A DNA stretch of 64,000 nucleotides, from NCBI GenBank assembly GCA_963728565.1, contig CAVSLC010000005.1:128001-192000 (forward strand), in the 5' to 3' direction. The translations under genes and the position numbers were made by a program. Positions 41,694 to 52,287 of the stretch are shown piece by piece. The notes under the pieces are model-generated. The model was given only the letters and a program-made list of their open reading frames with translations. It made no database searches and was not told the DNA's origin. The DNA comes from an uncultured delta proteobacterium. Its GTDB lineage: Bacteria; Desulfobacterota; Binatia; UBA9968. The number at the start of each line of letters is the position of its first letter. Position 1 is the first letter of the stretch.

Positions 41694-42464
41694 TTACAAA
41701 AATGAAATGCCACCGTCGACATTCACCGTCTGGCCGGTGATGAAGTCGCTCAGCGGCGAGGCTAGAAACAACATGGCGCCGACCACATCCTGCGGCATCT
41801 GTATGCGCTTCAATGCGCGCAAGCCGGCAGAGGATTCGCGCAGACGAATGACCTCTTGGCTGGGGTTTTCTTCAGACAGCGTATTTCCCGGGGCTAGAAC
41901 ATTGACGTTGATATTGTCATCGCCGACCTCGCGAGCCAACGTCCTGGTAAAGCCGATGGTGGCCGTTTTAGATGTCACGTAGTGAATCCTTCCCGGGCTC
42001 CCCGCGAACACCGTTCCCGAAGCGATATTGATGATCTTGCCGGATTTCTGCGCCCGCATGCTCGGCAGCACGGCGCGGCAGCAGAAAAACAATCCTTTCA
42101 GATTCACCGCCATGAGTCGGTCCCACTCGGCGGGCTCGATGGTCTCTATGCGCCCGCGGTTCATAGGGATAGTTGCGAAGATCGCAGCGTTGTTAATCAA
42201 AACATCGATTCGGCCAAAATGTTGCACTACCGCGGCAGCCATTTCCTTGGTTGATCTCTCGTCGGCAACATCCGTGTGCAGCGCCAGCGCGTGGGCGCCT
42301 GTTTGTTGTACGATTTCCGCGCTGACTTTGTCTGCGGCCGGCCTATCTATGTCCGCCACCACCACGCGCGAGCCTGATTGGCCGAAGCCGAGGCAGTAGG
42401 CTTTGCCGATGCCGTGGCCGCCGCCGGTGACGATAACGACTTTATCCTTGAGTCCTTCGATCAT
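41694..42464 (-). CDS. SDR family oxidoreductase
   Basis: TGGGHGIG, NNAA, YVTSK; paralog of 39507..40265. Confidence 0.93.
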   Translation of the reverse strand: MIEGLKDKVVIVTGGGHGIGKAYCLGFGQSGSRVVVADIDRPAADKVSAEIVQQTGAHALALHTDVADERSTKEMAAAVVQHFGRIDVLINNAAIFATIPMNRGRIETIEPAEWDRLMAVNLKGLFFCCRAVLPSMRAQKSGKIINIASGTVFAGSPGRIHYVTSKTATIGFTRTLAREVGDDNINVNVLAPGNTLSEENPSQEVIRLRESSAGLRALKRIQMPQDVVGAMLFLASPLSDFITGQTVNVDGGISFL

Positions 42465-42488
42465 TGCCGAATATGAGAGTCTTCTCGG

Positions 42489-43583
42489 TTATCCCAATGC
42501 AGGGTTGATCAGCGCTTTGGTCGGGAACATCTCGGGAATTTCACCGCCGACCGCGCGAATGCACTTTTCAATTTCTTTTAATGGAAATGTATGGCTGACC
42601 ATTTCTTGAACCGGGAACTTCGTCTCTTCAATCAGCCGCAGCGCTGCCTCGGTGGCGTCGTTGTCTGCGGTAAAGCAACCCTGCAGCTTGATCTCATTCC
42701 AAACCAGTTTATCCATCAGCATGGGTGTCACTGTGGTGTCACCCGTCAATCCGCCCAGAACCAGTGTCGATTGCCGATGGAGACAATCGACGGACTTTAA
42801 GATTGCGTTAGGATTGCCTGACACATCAACGACTACGTCGCACATCTCGCCATTGGTTTCCTTGCGAATGACCTCGACGACGTCTTCTTCTTCGACATTG
42901 ATGGTACGGGTGGCGCCGAACTTCCTGGCCAACTCGAGCCGCGGTTGGTCGCGGCCGATGCCGCTGATAAAGACTTTCGCGGCGCCGGCGTGGCGCGAGG
43001 CAAATGTGCAGGAGAGCCCTTGCTGTCCGGGACCTTGGATCAAAACATAGTCGCCCATTTTCACGCCGCCGCGGCGGATCGCCCATTGAAAGCCGTTGGC
43101 CATCACCGAGCCGATTAGCGCCGCCGCTTCGGCGGGCAACGCATCGCTTACCTTGGTGGCAAGAACGTCAGGGGCCAGGTAAATGTAATCCGCAAAGCCG
43201 CCAAATAGGTGTGGCGGCTGATCGCATTTGGTTCGGCCGCCGTAGTTGGTCCGCTGACGGCAAAAGCGCTGGTTGTTGCGCCGGCAATCCGAGCAGCGGC
43301 CGCAGCCCAGAGCGCCCTTTAGAATGATGCGGTCGCCTTCTTTGACGTGGTGAATCGCCGCGGCGTTCTTGCCGAGCTTCTCAACCCGACCGAGAATTTC
43401 GTGTCCAAGAATGATTGGATAATCGACCTTGAGCTTACCATGCAGATACTTCACATCGGTGCCGCAAACGCCGCCCATCTCCACTTTTACCAGCCCGCCC
43501 TCGGCAGGGATTTCGGGCATGGGATACTCGCGAAGCTCCAGCTTATCCGGACCGAGAAGCGTTGCGCCTCGAACTGTCGCCAT
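42489..43583 (-). CDS. Zn-dependent alcohol dehydrogenase
   Basis: GVCGTD, GHE, CGRCSDC..C, GPGQQG. Confidence 0.9.
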   Translation of the reverse strand: MATVRGATLLGPDKLELREYPMPEIPAEGGLVKVEMGGVCGTDVKYLHGKLKVDYPIILGHEILGRVEKLGKNAAAIHHVKEGDRIILKGALGCGRCSDCRRNNQRFCRQRTNYGGRTKCDQPPHLFGGFADYIYLAPDVLATKVSDALPAEAAALIGSVMANGFQWAIRRGGVKMGDYVLIQGPGQQGLSCTFASRHAGAAKVFISGIGRDQPRLELARKFGATRTINVEEEDVVEVIRKETNGEMCDVVVDVSGNPNAILKSVDCLHRQSTLVLGGLTGDTTVTPMLMDKLVWNEIKLQGCFTADNDATEAALRLIEETKFPVQEMVSHTFPLKEIEKCIRAVGGEIPEMFPTKALINPALG

Positions 43584-43637
43584 AGGATCCTCCTCAGGTT
43601 TCCGCTGTGTGATACAATCGACTACTCTGTTGGCTCG

Positions 43638-44645
43638 TTATTTGACTTTATATTCCTTAGTTAACTTGTCGATAAAGCCGCTGGCATCGAGTTCTTTGAC
43701 CAGCGATTGGTCGGCGAACCGCTCAGGATCTTCCTTGAGGACCTTCGGATCCTTCTTCCCGACTTCCTGGATCGGCAAGTCATAGTATTCTTTGGCAGGG
43801 TAGGGTTTCAAAGGGAAATCATATTCGCGGAAGTTTTCTTCGATCACTTCCCGGTCTTGGACTTTCATGTATTTGCCGATGACTTTCATGCTGAATTCTT
43901 TGTTGGCTTTATAATAATGCACCCCTTCGATCATGGCTTTGGTGAAATTCACCAGATCGGCGCGATTCTTTGCAAGATAAGGCCGGCGTGACACGAAGAA
44001 GAGACTTGAATAAGGGATGCCGAGCTTGGATGCGTCGGCGATCAGGGAAAATCCGAGCTTGCGCGCTTGCAAGGTCATGGGTGGGGTGAGCATGGCGGCG
44101 TCGGCATTGGCGGTCTCGACGGCGGCAATTCGATTGGCCTGATTGCCGACCTGCAGTAACGCCACATCGGTATCGGGTCTGAGTCCTTCGCGCTGCAAGA
44201 GATAGCGCGCGGCAAAGTCGGCGTTGCTGCCGAAGCGGCTGATCGCGATGCGTTTGACTTCCTTGAGGCTCTTGATGCCTTTCCTGGCGTAAATACGATT
44301 GTCCATGGTGTTGCCAAGCCGGCCGAACATGACCAGTTCCAACGCCGGCGTTGAAATTACTACTTGTGGCGAGAACATGCCGACCTGAGCGTCGTCGGAA
44401 GACAACGCGGCAGCGGCAGATGCGGCGCCTTGGATAAAAATGAGCTGAACTTGATTGCCGTACTTTTCAAACAGTTTGGCTTCCTTGGTAATCCAGAGCG
44501 GTGCGAACTGGCCGACTTCGCTGGTCCAAACGACGTTGATGTTTGCCGCACCTGCAGCGGCGGATTGGCACAGCGCTCCGAGAGCAATTAGGCTCGCGGC
44601 TAAAAAGTGACGGCCATATGTCATTCGCAGCTCCTTTGTTTGCAT
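43638..44645 (-). CDS. ABC-type substrate-binding protein, NMT1/THI5/SsuA-like
   Basis: Signal peptide; LFEKYG, ISRFGSNADF; C-terminal ELDASGFIDKL. Confidence 0.85.
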   Translation of the reverse strand: MQTKELRMTYGRHFLAASLIALGALCQSAAAGAANINVVWTSEVGQFAPLWITKEAKLFEKYGNQVQLIFIQGAASAAAALSSDDAQVGMFSPQVVISTPALELVMFGRLGNTMDNRIYARKGIKSLKEVKRIAISRFGSNADFAARYLLQREGLRPDTDVALLQVGNQANRIAAVETANADAAMLTPPMTLQARKLGFSLIADASKLGIPYSSLFFVSRRPYLAKNRADLVNFTKAMIEGVHYYKANKEFSMKVIGKYMKVQDREVIEENFREYDFPLKPYPAKEYYDLPIQEVGKKDPKVLKEDPERFADQSLVKELDASGFIDKLTKEYKVK

Positions 44646-44724
44646 GCCCGGGCAACAAGATTGACGCTGATGGGTTAATCCTATACTGCGATAGAGACCT
44701 GAGAATCAAGTAAGGGAGGGGAAA

Positions 44725-45700
44725 ATGAGCCGACTCTGGATAGCATTTTTGTTGCTGCTATCGACCAGCGATGTCACAGCGCAACCATTAACCCGGGTGA
44801 TGTCGGGATATGCTGCCACGTCAGGACCGCATGCAGTCCTTTGGCTGGCTCGTGAAGCTGGTCTGTTCGAGAAAAATGGTTTGCGCACTGAGGTCGCTTA
44901 CATACGCAGCGGGTCGACAATGGGCCAGGCGTTGGTCGCCGGAGAGATCCAGTTAGCGCAAATGGGCGGTCCGGCGGCTCTCGCGGCAGGTGTCGCCGGC
45001 TTTGACGTCACGATGGTCGCCGTTGCACTGAATACTACGCCCATCGTGATCATGGGCAAGGTTTCCAAAATGGAAGAGCTCAAGGGCAAAGCAATCGGGG
45101 TGACGCGCTACGGTTCCAACACCGATATATCTGCGCGTTTCGCGATCAGAAAAGCGGGGCTGCAACCGGAAAAAGATGTGGCTCTAGTCCAGTTGGAAGA
45201 CTATGCGGGGATTATGGGCGGCATTCAGTCCGGGCGGATTGCCGCCGGCGCGTTGGCTGATCCGTTTACCGATCATGCCAAGAAGTTGGGCTATAAGGAA
45301 ATCGCCGATATCGCGGCGCTCGGCCTGGAGTTCCCCTTTGTCGGGATTGTCACCAAAAAAACTTTCATCAAGGAACAGCCGGATATCGTCCAGAGATTCG
45401 TGCGCGCCTATACCGAGTCTATCAACTCTATATAAAAACAATCGTGAGCTGGCGAAGCAGGTAACCAGCAAATACACCGGCATCAAAGATCCTGAAATTC
45501 TGAACTCCACGGTGGATTTTTACGCGCCCAAGCTAGCCAGCGTGCCCTATCCGACAATCGGCGGAATACGATTTGTCTTGGACCAGGTCGCGACTCGCGA
45601 TCCCCGCGCCAAGAACTTCAATCCTGAGACTTTCATGGATCTGCGGTTTGTAAAGCAACTCGAGGACAGCGGATTCATCCAGGGATTGAACCGGAAGTAG
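44725..45700 (+). CDS. ABC-type substrate-binding protein, NMT1-like, with frameshift near 45425
   Basis: 44725..45435 continues as YKNNRELAKQV...QLEDSGFIQGL in another frame. Confidence 0.8.
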
Positions 45701-45887
45701 CGAACCGATTTGACGAAAGATATGACAGTTGAAGATATCAGCCGGAAGTAAATAGGACATGCCTTGCAGCACGGAGATCAGCAACAGCACGAAGCTTAAG
45801 AATATCCGGCACCCGTCAAAGCCTTCGTGACCTGCGGTCGTGGTGAGTTCGTATTTGTAGAGCGCCCGTTATTCTCCCAGATCGCGT

Positions 45888-46385
45888 CTACCGCCTGACG
45901 AGTGCCAGGCCCAGTAAGGTTGCGATTGGGCCGATCGTAGCGTTGATCTTTAGCAGCAGAAACCATTTTTGCCAGTCGGCGCGTAAAGCCTCCGGCCACG
46001 AGTCTGTGGTGATTGCTGCCTGATTGGTATTGGAAGCGATCTTGGGGCCATACTTGAACACTTGCAGCGCATGATGAACCAACATCGCGACAAAGAGCAG
46101 CAGCTTGACTGACAGAATCGTCAGATAATATTGTCCCAGGTGAGCGCCGGTCAATTGACTGCGCAGAACCAGGTTCAGTATTCCTGTAACGAATAACAGC
46201 CCGATCGCCGTCCAGGACAGCAATTCAAAAGTTATCCGCCCGCGATTCAGAAGTTTTAAACCGAGCCCTGCCTTTAAATCGTGCACCGCCGGTCCAAAAA
46301 CGATCAGAAAAAAAGCTATTCCGCCGAGCCACATCGCCAGCGCCAGGAGATGCAGCAGGAGATTCACAGAATGTAGTCGGGTCAT
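45888..46385 (-). CDS. CopD/DUF4149-like 4-TM membrane protein
   Basis: LHLLALAMWLGG..FF; K..L motif in TM3. Confidence 0.65.
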   Translation of the reverse strand: MTRLHSVNLLLHLLALAMWLGGIAFFLIVFGPAVHDLKAGLGLKLLNRGRITFELLSWTAIGLLFVTGILNLVLRSQLTGAHLGQYYLTILSVKLLLFVAMLVHHALQVFKYGPKIASNTNQAAITTDSWPEALRADWQKWFLLLKINATIGPIATLLGLALVRR

Positions 46386-46705
46386 GGATTGAAGTAGCGA
46401 GTCACAGCAGTCGCACTGTGATTAACATCGCTCCCTAGGCTTTGCAAACCTGACCCGCCGAGTGGTGGCGGCTGCAACCTGGCGAGTTGTATTCAAAAAG
46501 CTCGATGCAGCTTTCTACCGTATTGTGAGTTTCAAAATTCAGCTCGTCTCGGATGACGATCACAAAGGCTGATGTCCTGTTAACGATCGACCATCGGCCG
46601 TTCTTTATCTTGACAATTTGAAACACCCTCTGTTACGAAATCTCATTCTTTGGAATGGGGAGACGCCAATGCGGCTAATCGGCAAAGCAGCGGTACGGAA
46701 ATTAT

Positions 46706-47707
46706 GTGCAATGCATCATGCTTTCTGTGGCGACGGTGGCATTCTTGCGTCATTCGTCGCCGGGCGATGCCCAGAGTATCGAAGAGACTTATCAACGGGC
46801 GTTGAAGGAGGGCGGCGCGCTCAACGTCTACGGTACTTTAACCCCGGACACCGCGGCTAAAGTTCTGCCGCTATTCGAGAAACGTTTTCCCGGTCTCAAG
46901 ACGGTCAACACCGGAGCAAGTTCCGACAAGATCGTCGCCCGAGCGATTTCCGAGGCGCGCGGCGGCAGAACCATTGGCGATGTTTTTCACATGAATCTGG
47001 AAAACATCATGCAGCTGCATGAGCAAGGCTTGGTGCTGGAGAAGCTGCCGGCGGAAGCCGACGTGTTTCCAAATCATCTCAAGGGCTCCTATTGGATCGC
47101 CACCCGTTTCAACACCTTGGTGGCGGCCTGGAATACGCAACTGGTGAGTAAATCGGACGAGCCTAAGAATTTCGAAGAGTTTGCCGATGCGAAATGGAAA
47201 GGCAAGCTGTTGGCCGAACCTCGTGATGCCGAATTTTTGATCGCCTTTGCCGAACAGAGATATAAAAGCAGCGATAAAGCGATCGAGTTGTTTAAAAAAA
47301 TTGCCGCCAATAATGTCGAGTTTCATAGTGGCCACCCGCAGCTGGCGGAACTGCTGACGGCTGGGCAGGGCGCGGTTTGCTTAACCTGTTACACCCATCA
47401 TCTGCTGCCAAGGATGCACAAGGGAGCGCCGTTGAATTACATGCGTAGTTTCGGCGTCGGTCTAATCAGCGCCACCGCGGTCTTCAAAAACGCGCCTCAC
47501 CCAAACACCGCGTGGTTGTTTCATCGCTGGGCGGCCTCGGACGAAGGACAAAGGGCGTTCGGTATCGAGGGGCGGGTGCCGGCGAATCCGAAAGTCGAGC
47601 CCGCCGAGGCTATCGGGCTCAAAACCGTCTACGGCCTGGGCGAGAAAGAATACCGGGAGTTCTCCAGGTACGAACAGCTTTGGAAGCAGATCTTTAGCTT
47701 GCGCTAG
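46706..47707 (+). CDS. extracellular solute-binding protein (Fe3+/thiamine ABC SBP family)
   Basis: FEKRFPG, AWNT.LV, KWKGKL, APHPN.A.LF..W..SDEGQ; the natural ATG with RBS at 46669 is out of frame. Confidence 0.85.
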   Translation: MQCIMLSVATVAFLRHSSPGDAQSIEETYQRALKEGGALNVYGTLTPDTAAKVLPLFEKRFPGLKTVNTGASSDKIVARAISEARGGRTIGDVFHMNLENIMQLHEQGLVLEKLPAEADVFPNHLKGSYWIATRFNTLVAAWNTQLVSKSDEPKNFEEFADAKWKGKLLAEPRDAEFLIAFAEQRYKSSDKAIELFKKIAANNVEFHSGHPQLAELLTAGQGAVCLTCYTHHLLPRMHKGAPLNYMRSFGVGLISATAVFKNAPHPNTAWLFHRWAASDEGQRAFGIEGRVPANPKVEPAEAIGLKTVYGLGEKEYREFSRYEQLWKQIFSLR

Positions 47708-47739
47708 GATTGCGCAATCCGAGATGTGATCCGCCCGGG

Positions 47740-49419
47740 CTATCTCCATGCGTCGATAGAGACGCTCTTGTCGTAGTTGCAACCCATCACTCGCCAGTAG
47801 CCGTTGGTTTCGCCGCCGACCACCACCACCTTTATCTCATCTAAGCGAAACATCGGTACGAGTTCATCGGCAGCCGCTTTGAGCTTGGTGGCGTAGGGCT
47901 CCTCGCCCTTGAGCGCCCGTGGGTGAATGTAGTTTTGAACAAGTTGATCGTCCCAGTAAATGCCGGCCGCCATGGTGGCATGCTCGTAGATCCATTGAAT
48001 CAACTTATCCTTGGTATCGAAGCCGCCCCTATCAATAAATTGCCGCGCCACGATCGGATCGAGTATGAGAGTGGGCGGTGTGTGTGGGTTTAGACCTTGA
48101 AGCAGATACTGAACATGATCGCGCCAATGTTTTTCTCGAAGTCCCATCTGGAACGACGTGGTGCGACAATGCCTAAATAGGCTGACAACGCTGTCGCTAG
48201 GATCAAAGCCATGCTCGACGTGGAGCGGCATCCAGGGACTTCTTTCCTCATTTTCCGCGTAGGTGATGCTGTTATAGGCGTAGTTATTTCCTTGGGAGCC
48301 CATGTAGGTTTCGCCCGGCACGGATCCGCCTTGCAAATTCTGCGACAGCAGTCCGAAAGCCCTGCCGATGGTGGCGTTGGCGTGGTTGTAAGGTCCCATC
48401 GCGCCAATTCCCCAGTTCATGCCGATCTGATGCCGGACCGGTCCATTCACCACCGCCATGGTGGCGCCGGAAGTGGTGGTGCTCGGTCGGGCCGTGACTT
48501 CTGAGGCCGCAAGGGCCAGGATGACTGGGAGGTATTCAGGTTTGGCGCCGGCCATGACCGCGTTCACCGCAACCTTCTCTACGGTGAACTGCCATGCCTC
48601 CCGGGTGCGTGTCGGGCGCATAGTGCCCACCACTTCATCCGCTTTGCGGCGGGTGCCAGACAGCATCGCTGCCACCCTCTCTTCGGTCGGGACGACGATT
48701 GGCAAATAGTCGGTCCAACCGTTATCCAAGAACAAACGCTGCAGATTACTCTCGTTGTCGGGATCAATCAGCCTCGGCGTTGACCGATCGATCTTGATCT
48801 TCTGCTTCTCCTGATCGCTTAGCGGCTTTGTCAGCGCCTCAACGATTTCTTCCATGAAGGGTTTGCCGGTTACCGGATCGCTGCCGTCGATGTAGGCTTT
48901 CAGTTCGGAAGAGGTCTTGCCCATCACAGGCATCGGTACAAAGGCGAACCTCTGATGCGGCATTCCTTTGGTATAAGCGACGGATCTTACGACCGAAGCG
49001 AAAGGTTTGGCGTGAACACCCACCGTGGGCACGCCATACTGGTTTTCCAGAGTAATACAATGCACGGCGACCGCCGGCGCGCACGTGCTTCAATGCCCGA
49101 CCGCCATAACGGCGGCAGCATCGTGCGCGCGGATTTCGCCAAAGAGCTTTGGATCATCTTCGGTGTAAACACCCGCTTTGCTCGCCAAGATCGTTTTTGC
49201 TTTGGGCAAGTGTTCGGCGAACCAAGCTTGCATCTGTTGCAGCAGTTTGTCGCCATCGACGAAATGAACATCGACCAAATAAATCGTTTTGCCGTTTAGA
49301 CTCTCAAACCGCGGCGCCATACCCAGCTGTTCGATGGTTGGCGGGTACCCCATCGGGTTCAAAGCGCTAACTTTTCCGTCGGCGGACGCAACGAACTCGA
49401 CTGTTTCACTTTGATTCAT
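47740..49419 (-). CDS. putative selenoprotein: UGSC-like UxxC domain fused to a conserved GWTDxLPI domain (559 aa, Sec at TGA 49090-49092)
   Basis: ORFs 49090..49419 and 47740..49065 are in the same frame, joined by VGH-TGA-STCAPAVAVHC; SECIS-like hairpin immediately 3' of the TGA. Confidence 0.85.
49061..49089 (-). promoter_or_regulatory. candidate bacterial SECIS element
   Basis: After UGA: AGCACGUGCGCGC-CGGC-GGUC-GCCG-UGCA; apical loop starts with G at +18. Confidence 0.6.
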
Positions 49420-49804
49420 GTTGAAGCTCTCCTGCGATTTGACGATTTATTTCGCGACCGGACAATGCCCCGGCGGTATCGACGCATTCATTGAACTCAA
49501 CTCACGCTTTATGCCAGCGTCGCTCCGATGGCAATAGCGAAACGCTGACAACTACCGATGAACGGTGATCCAATCCGATTGCGGCGCGAAAATTTTTTCT
49601 AGACAATCCATTGCCGTCTGGTCATCTTGATTTGCTTAGCCTCGGAGATCTGCGAGAGCTGACATGGATTGGAGTAAAAGCAAGCGCGGCAAAGTGGCAT
49701 TGGCGCCGCGATGCGGGCTTTTCCCCTTGAAATGGCCAGGTGCCTATGTTAGCTAAATTTAAGTTTTTCTGCCCATTCCCCAACACAAGGATGGATTGCT
49801 AGAG

Positions 49805-50470
49805 ATGATGCGCTGGTTGCCAGAAGATGTATCGACCTATGGTCACGAAATAGACTCGTTATTTTTTCTTATTTATTACATCACGGCCGCCACTTTCATA
49901 TTGGTCACGGTGTTGATGGTCCTGTTTTTAGTGATGTACCGCGAGAGACCTGGCCGGCGAGCGACCTATAGTCACGGCAACACCACGCTTGAGATCATTT
50001 GGACGATTATTCCCGCCGCTATACTGATCGTGCTCTCGTTCATGAGTGTGAATACCTGGGCAAAGTTGAAAAACACCGTGCCGCCCAGTGACTTCGCCAT
50101 CCAAGTTACCGCCAAGCAGTTTAACTGGGGCATTGCTTACCCGGGCGCCGACGGCAAACTCGGCACCGAGGATGACGTCAAATTCGACAACGATGTCCAT
50201 GTGCCGGTTAATAAGGTCGTCCACGTCCATCTCGGATCTGAAGATGTGATTCACAGCTTTTTCATTCCCAACCTTCGGTTCAAGCAGGATATGGTTCCAG
50301 GACGAACAGTGACGGGTTGGTTTGAAGCGACTAAACCCGGAAGGTATGAACTGCCCTGCGCGGAATTGTGCGGCTTCGGCCACTCCGGTATGAAGGGTTG
50401 GCTGCACGTCCACAGCGCCGAAGATTACGCCAAATGGGCGGCGGAAAATTTGGCCGCCAAGCAGCAGTAA
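49805..50470 (+). CDS. coxB: cytochrome c oxidase subunit II
   Basis: LEIIWT; DVIHSF; CuA motif CAELCGFGHSGM; no heme c domain. Confidence 0.95.
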   Translation: MMRWLPEDVSTYGHEIDSLFFLIYYITAATFILVTVLMVLFLVMYRERPGRRATYSHGNTTLEIIWTIIPAAILIVLSFMSVNTWAKLKNTVPPSDFAIQVTAKQFNWGIAYPGADGKLGTEDDVKFDNDVHVPVNKVVHVHLGSEDVIHSFFIPNLRFKQDMVPGRTVTGWFEATKPGRYELPCAELCGFGHSGMKGWLHVHSAEDYAKWAAENLAAKQQ

Positions 50471-50527
50471 CTTTCCATTCTAGATCGGATTCATCCGAAG
50501 AGCAGATTCACGGAGGATTATATTACG

Positions 50528-52279
50528 ATGAGTCAGACAGTAGCGGCCGGCGCGGCGCACGTAGCCCACGCGCATCATGAAGAGCTTGGCTTTTGGCGCA
50601 CCTACATCTTTTCTACGGATCACAAGATGATCGGCCGGCAGTTCTTGTTTATGGGCCTGTTGATGTTGATCATCGGTGGATTGCTGGCGATGATGATGCG
50701 CTGGCAACTGGCATGGCCGGAAACCGCCGTTCCCGGATTGAGCGCCATTCCCGAGCCTTATATGTACGAAGGCATTATTCCGCCGCAGACCTATAATGCG
50801 CTCTTTACCATGCACGCAACCATCATGATCTTCTTCGTCGTCATGCCGATCATGGTCGGCTGCTACGGCAACTTTCTTATTCCCTTGATGATCGGCACGC
50901 GCGACATGGCTTTTCCACTCTTGAACATGCTTTCGTTCTGGGTCGGCGCCGTGGCCGGTGTCATCATGCTGGCGAGTTTCTTGGTGCCGGGTGGGCCGGC
51001 CGCAGCCGGATGGACCGGCTATGCAACCCTGTCAGCGAGGGCCGCATACACGGGCGTGGATCTAGGCCAGGATCTCTGGATCATTAGTTTGCTCGTGCTC
51101 GGCATATCTTCTCTGATGGGCTCGATCAATTACATCACCACCATTGTCAATATGCGGGCGCCCGGAATGACCTACTTTCGCATGCCGTTGACCGTTTGGT
51201 CGCTTTTCATTACCGCCATTCTGCTTTTGTTGGCTTTGCCGGTCTTGACCGCCGCATTGGCCATGCTGCTCTTCGATCGCACCCTGGGCACCAGTTTCTT
51301 TCTTCCTCAAGGCGGCGGGCAGCCGCTTCTCTGGCAGCATATGTTCTGGTTTTTCGGTCATCCGGAGGTCTACATTCTGGTTCTTCCAGCCATGGGAGTG
51401 ACTTCCGATCTGCTCTCGACTTTTTCGCGCAAACCAATTTTTGGCTACCACGCCATGGCCTTTTCCATGATTGCCATCGCTTTTCTCTCCTGGGTTGTCT
51501 GGGGGCATCATATGTTCATCAGCGGCATGAATCCGCTGCTCGGTACCGCCTTCATGATGACGACTATGGTGATCGCGGTTCCATCGGCGATCAAGGTATT
51601 TAACTGGCTGGGAACTCTTTGGGGCGGAAGCATTCGGCTTACTTCGCCGATGCTGTTTGCTCTTGGTTTTGTTTCTAACTTCCTGATCGGCGGTTTGAGC
51701 GGCATCTTCATGGCGTCGACGCCGGTCGATATTTTCATCCACGATACCTATTACATCGTTGCTCACTTTCACTATGTGGTCGCGGGAATCATTTTCGCGC
51801 TGTTTGCCGCTGTCTATTACTGGTTTCCCAAAATGTTCAGCCGGATGATGAGCGAGCCTTTGGGAAAAATTCATTTTGTTTTGACTTATATCTTCTTCAA
51901 TTTAACTTTCTTTCCGATGCATTTTCTCGGCGTCGGCGGGCATATGCGGCGAATCTATAACCCGACGCAATACGAATTCCTCCAGCCGCTACAGGACTGG
52001 AATGTTTTTATTACCGTGAGCGCCTTGTTGCTGGGGCTTTCTCAGGTGCCGTTCTTGATTAATTTTTGCTGGAGTCTTTTCGCTGGAAAGAAAGCGGAGC
52101 GCAACCCCTGGCAAGCCAACACCCTGGAATGGTCGGCGCCGACACCGCCGCCGCACGGCAATTTCGAAGCCCAGCCGACAGTTTACCGCGGGCCCTACGA
52201 GTATAGCTCGCCCGAGGTCAAAGAGGATTGGCTGCCGCAGGACAAGGCGCTAGCCAAAACGGTCGCTCGGGCGCACTGA
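50528..52279 (+). CDS. coxA: cytochrome c oxidase subunit I (type A1)
   Basis: STDHKMIG, TMHATIM, WFFGHPEVY, WGHHMF, AHFHYV. Confidence 0.97.
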   Translation: MSQTVAAGAAHVAHAHHEELGFWRTYIFSTDHKMIGRQFLFMGLLMLIIGGLLAMMMRWQLAWPETAVPGLSAIPEPYMYEGIIPPQTYNALFTMHATIMIFFVVMPIMVGCYGNFLIPLMIGTRDMAFPLLNMLSFWVGAVAGVIMLASFLVPGGPAAAGWTGYATLSARAAYTGVDLGQDLWIISLLVLGISSLMGSINYITTIVNMRAPGMTYFRMPLTVWSLFITAILLLLALPVLTAALAMLLFDRTLGTSFFLPQGGGQPLLWQHMFWFFGHPEVYILVLPAMGVTSDLLSTFSRKPIFGYHAMAFSMIAIAFLSWVVWGHHMFISGMNPLLGTAFMMTTMVIAVPSAIKVFNWLGTLWGGSIRLTSPMLFALGFVSNFLIGGLSGIFMASTPVDIFIHDTYYIVAHFHYVVAGIIFALFAAVYYWFPKMFSRMMSEPLGKIHFVLTYIFFNLTFFPMHFLGVGGHMRRIYNPTQYEFLQPLQDWNVFITVSALLLGLSQVPFLINFCWSLFAGKKAERNPWQANTLEWSAPTPPPHGNFEAQPTVYRGPYEYSSPEVKEDWLPQDKALAKTVARAH

Positions 52280-52287
52280 GAACGGCA

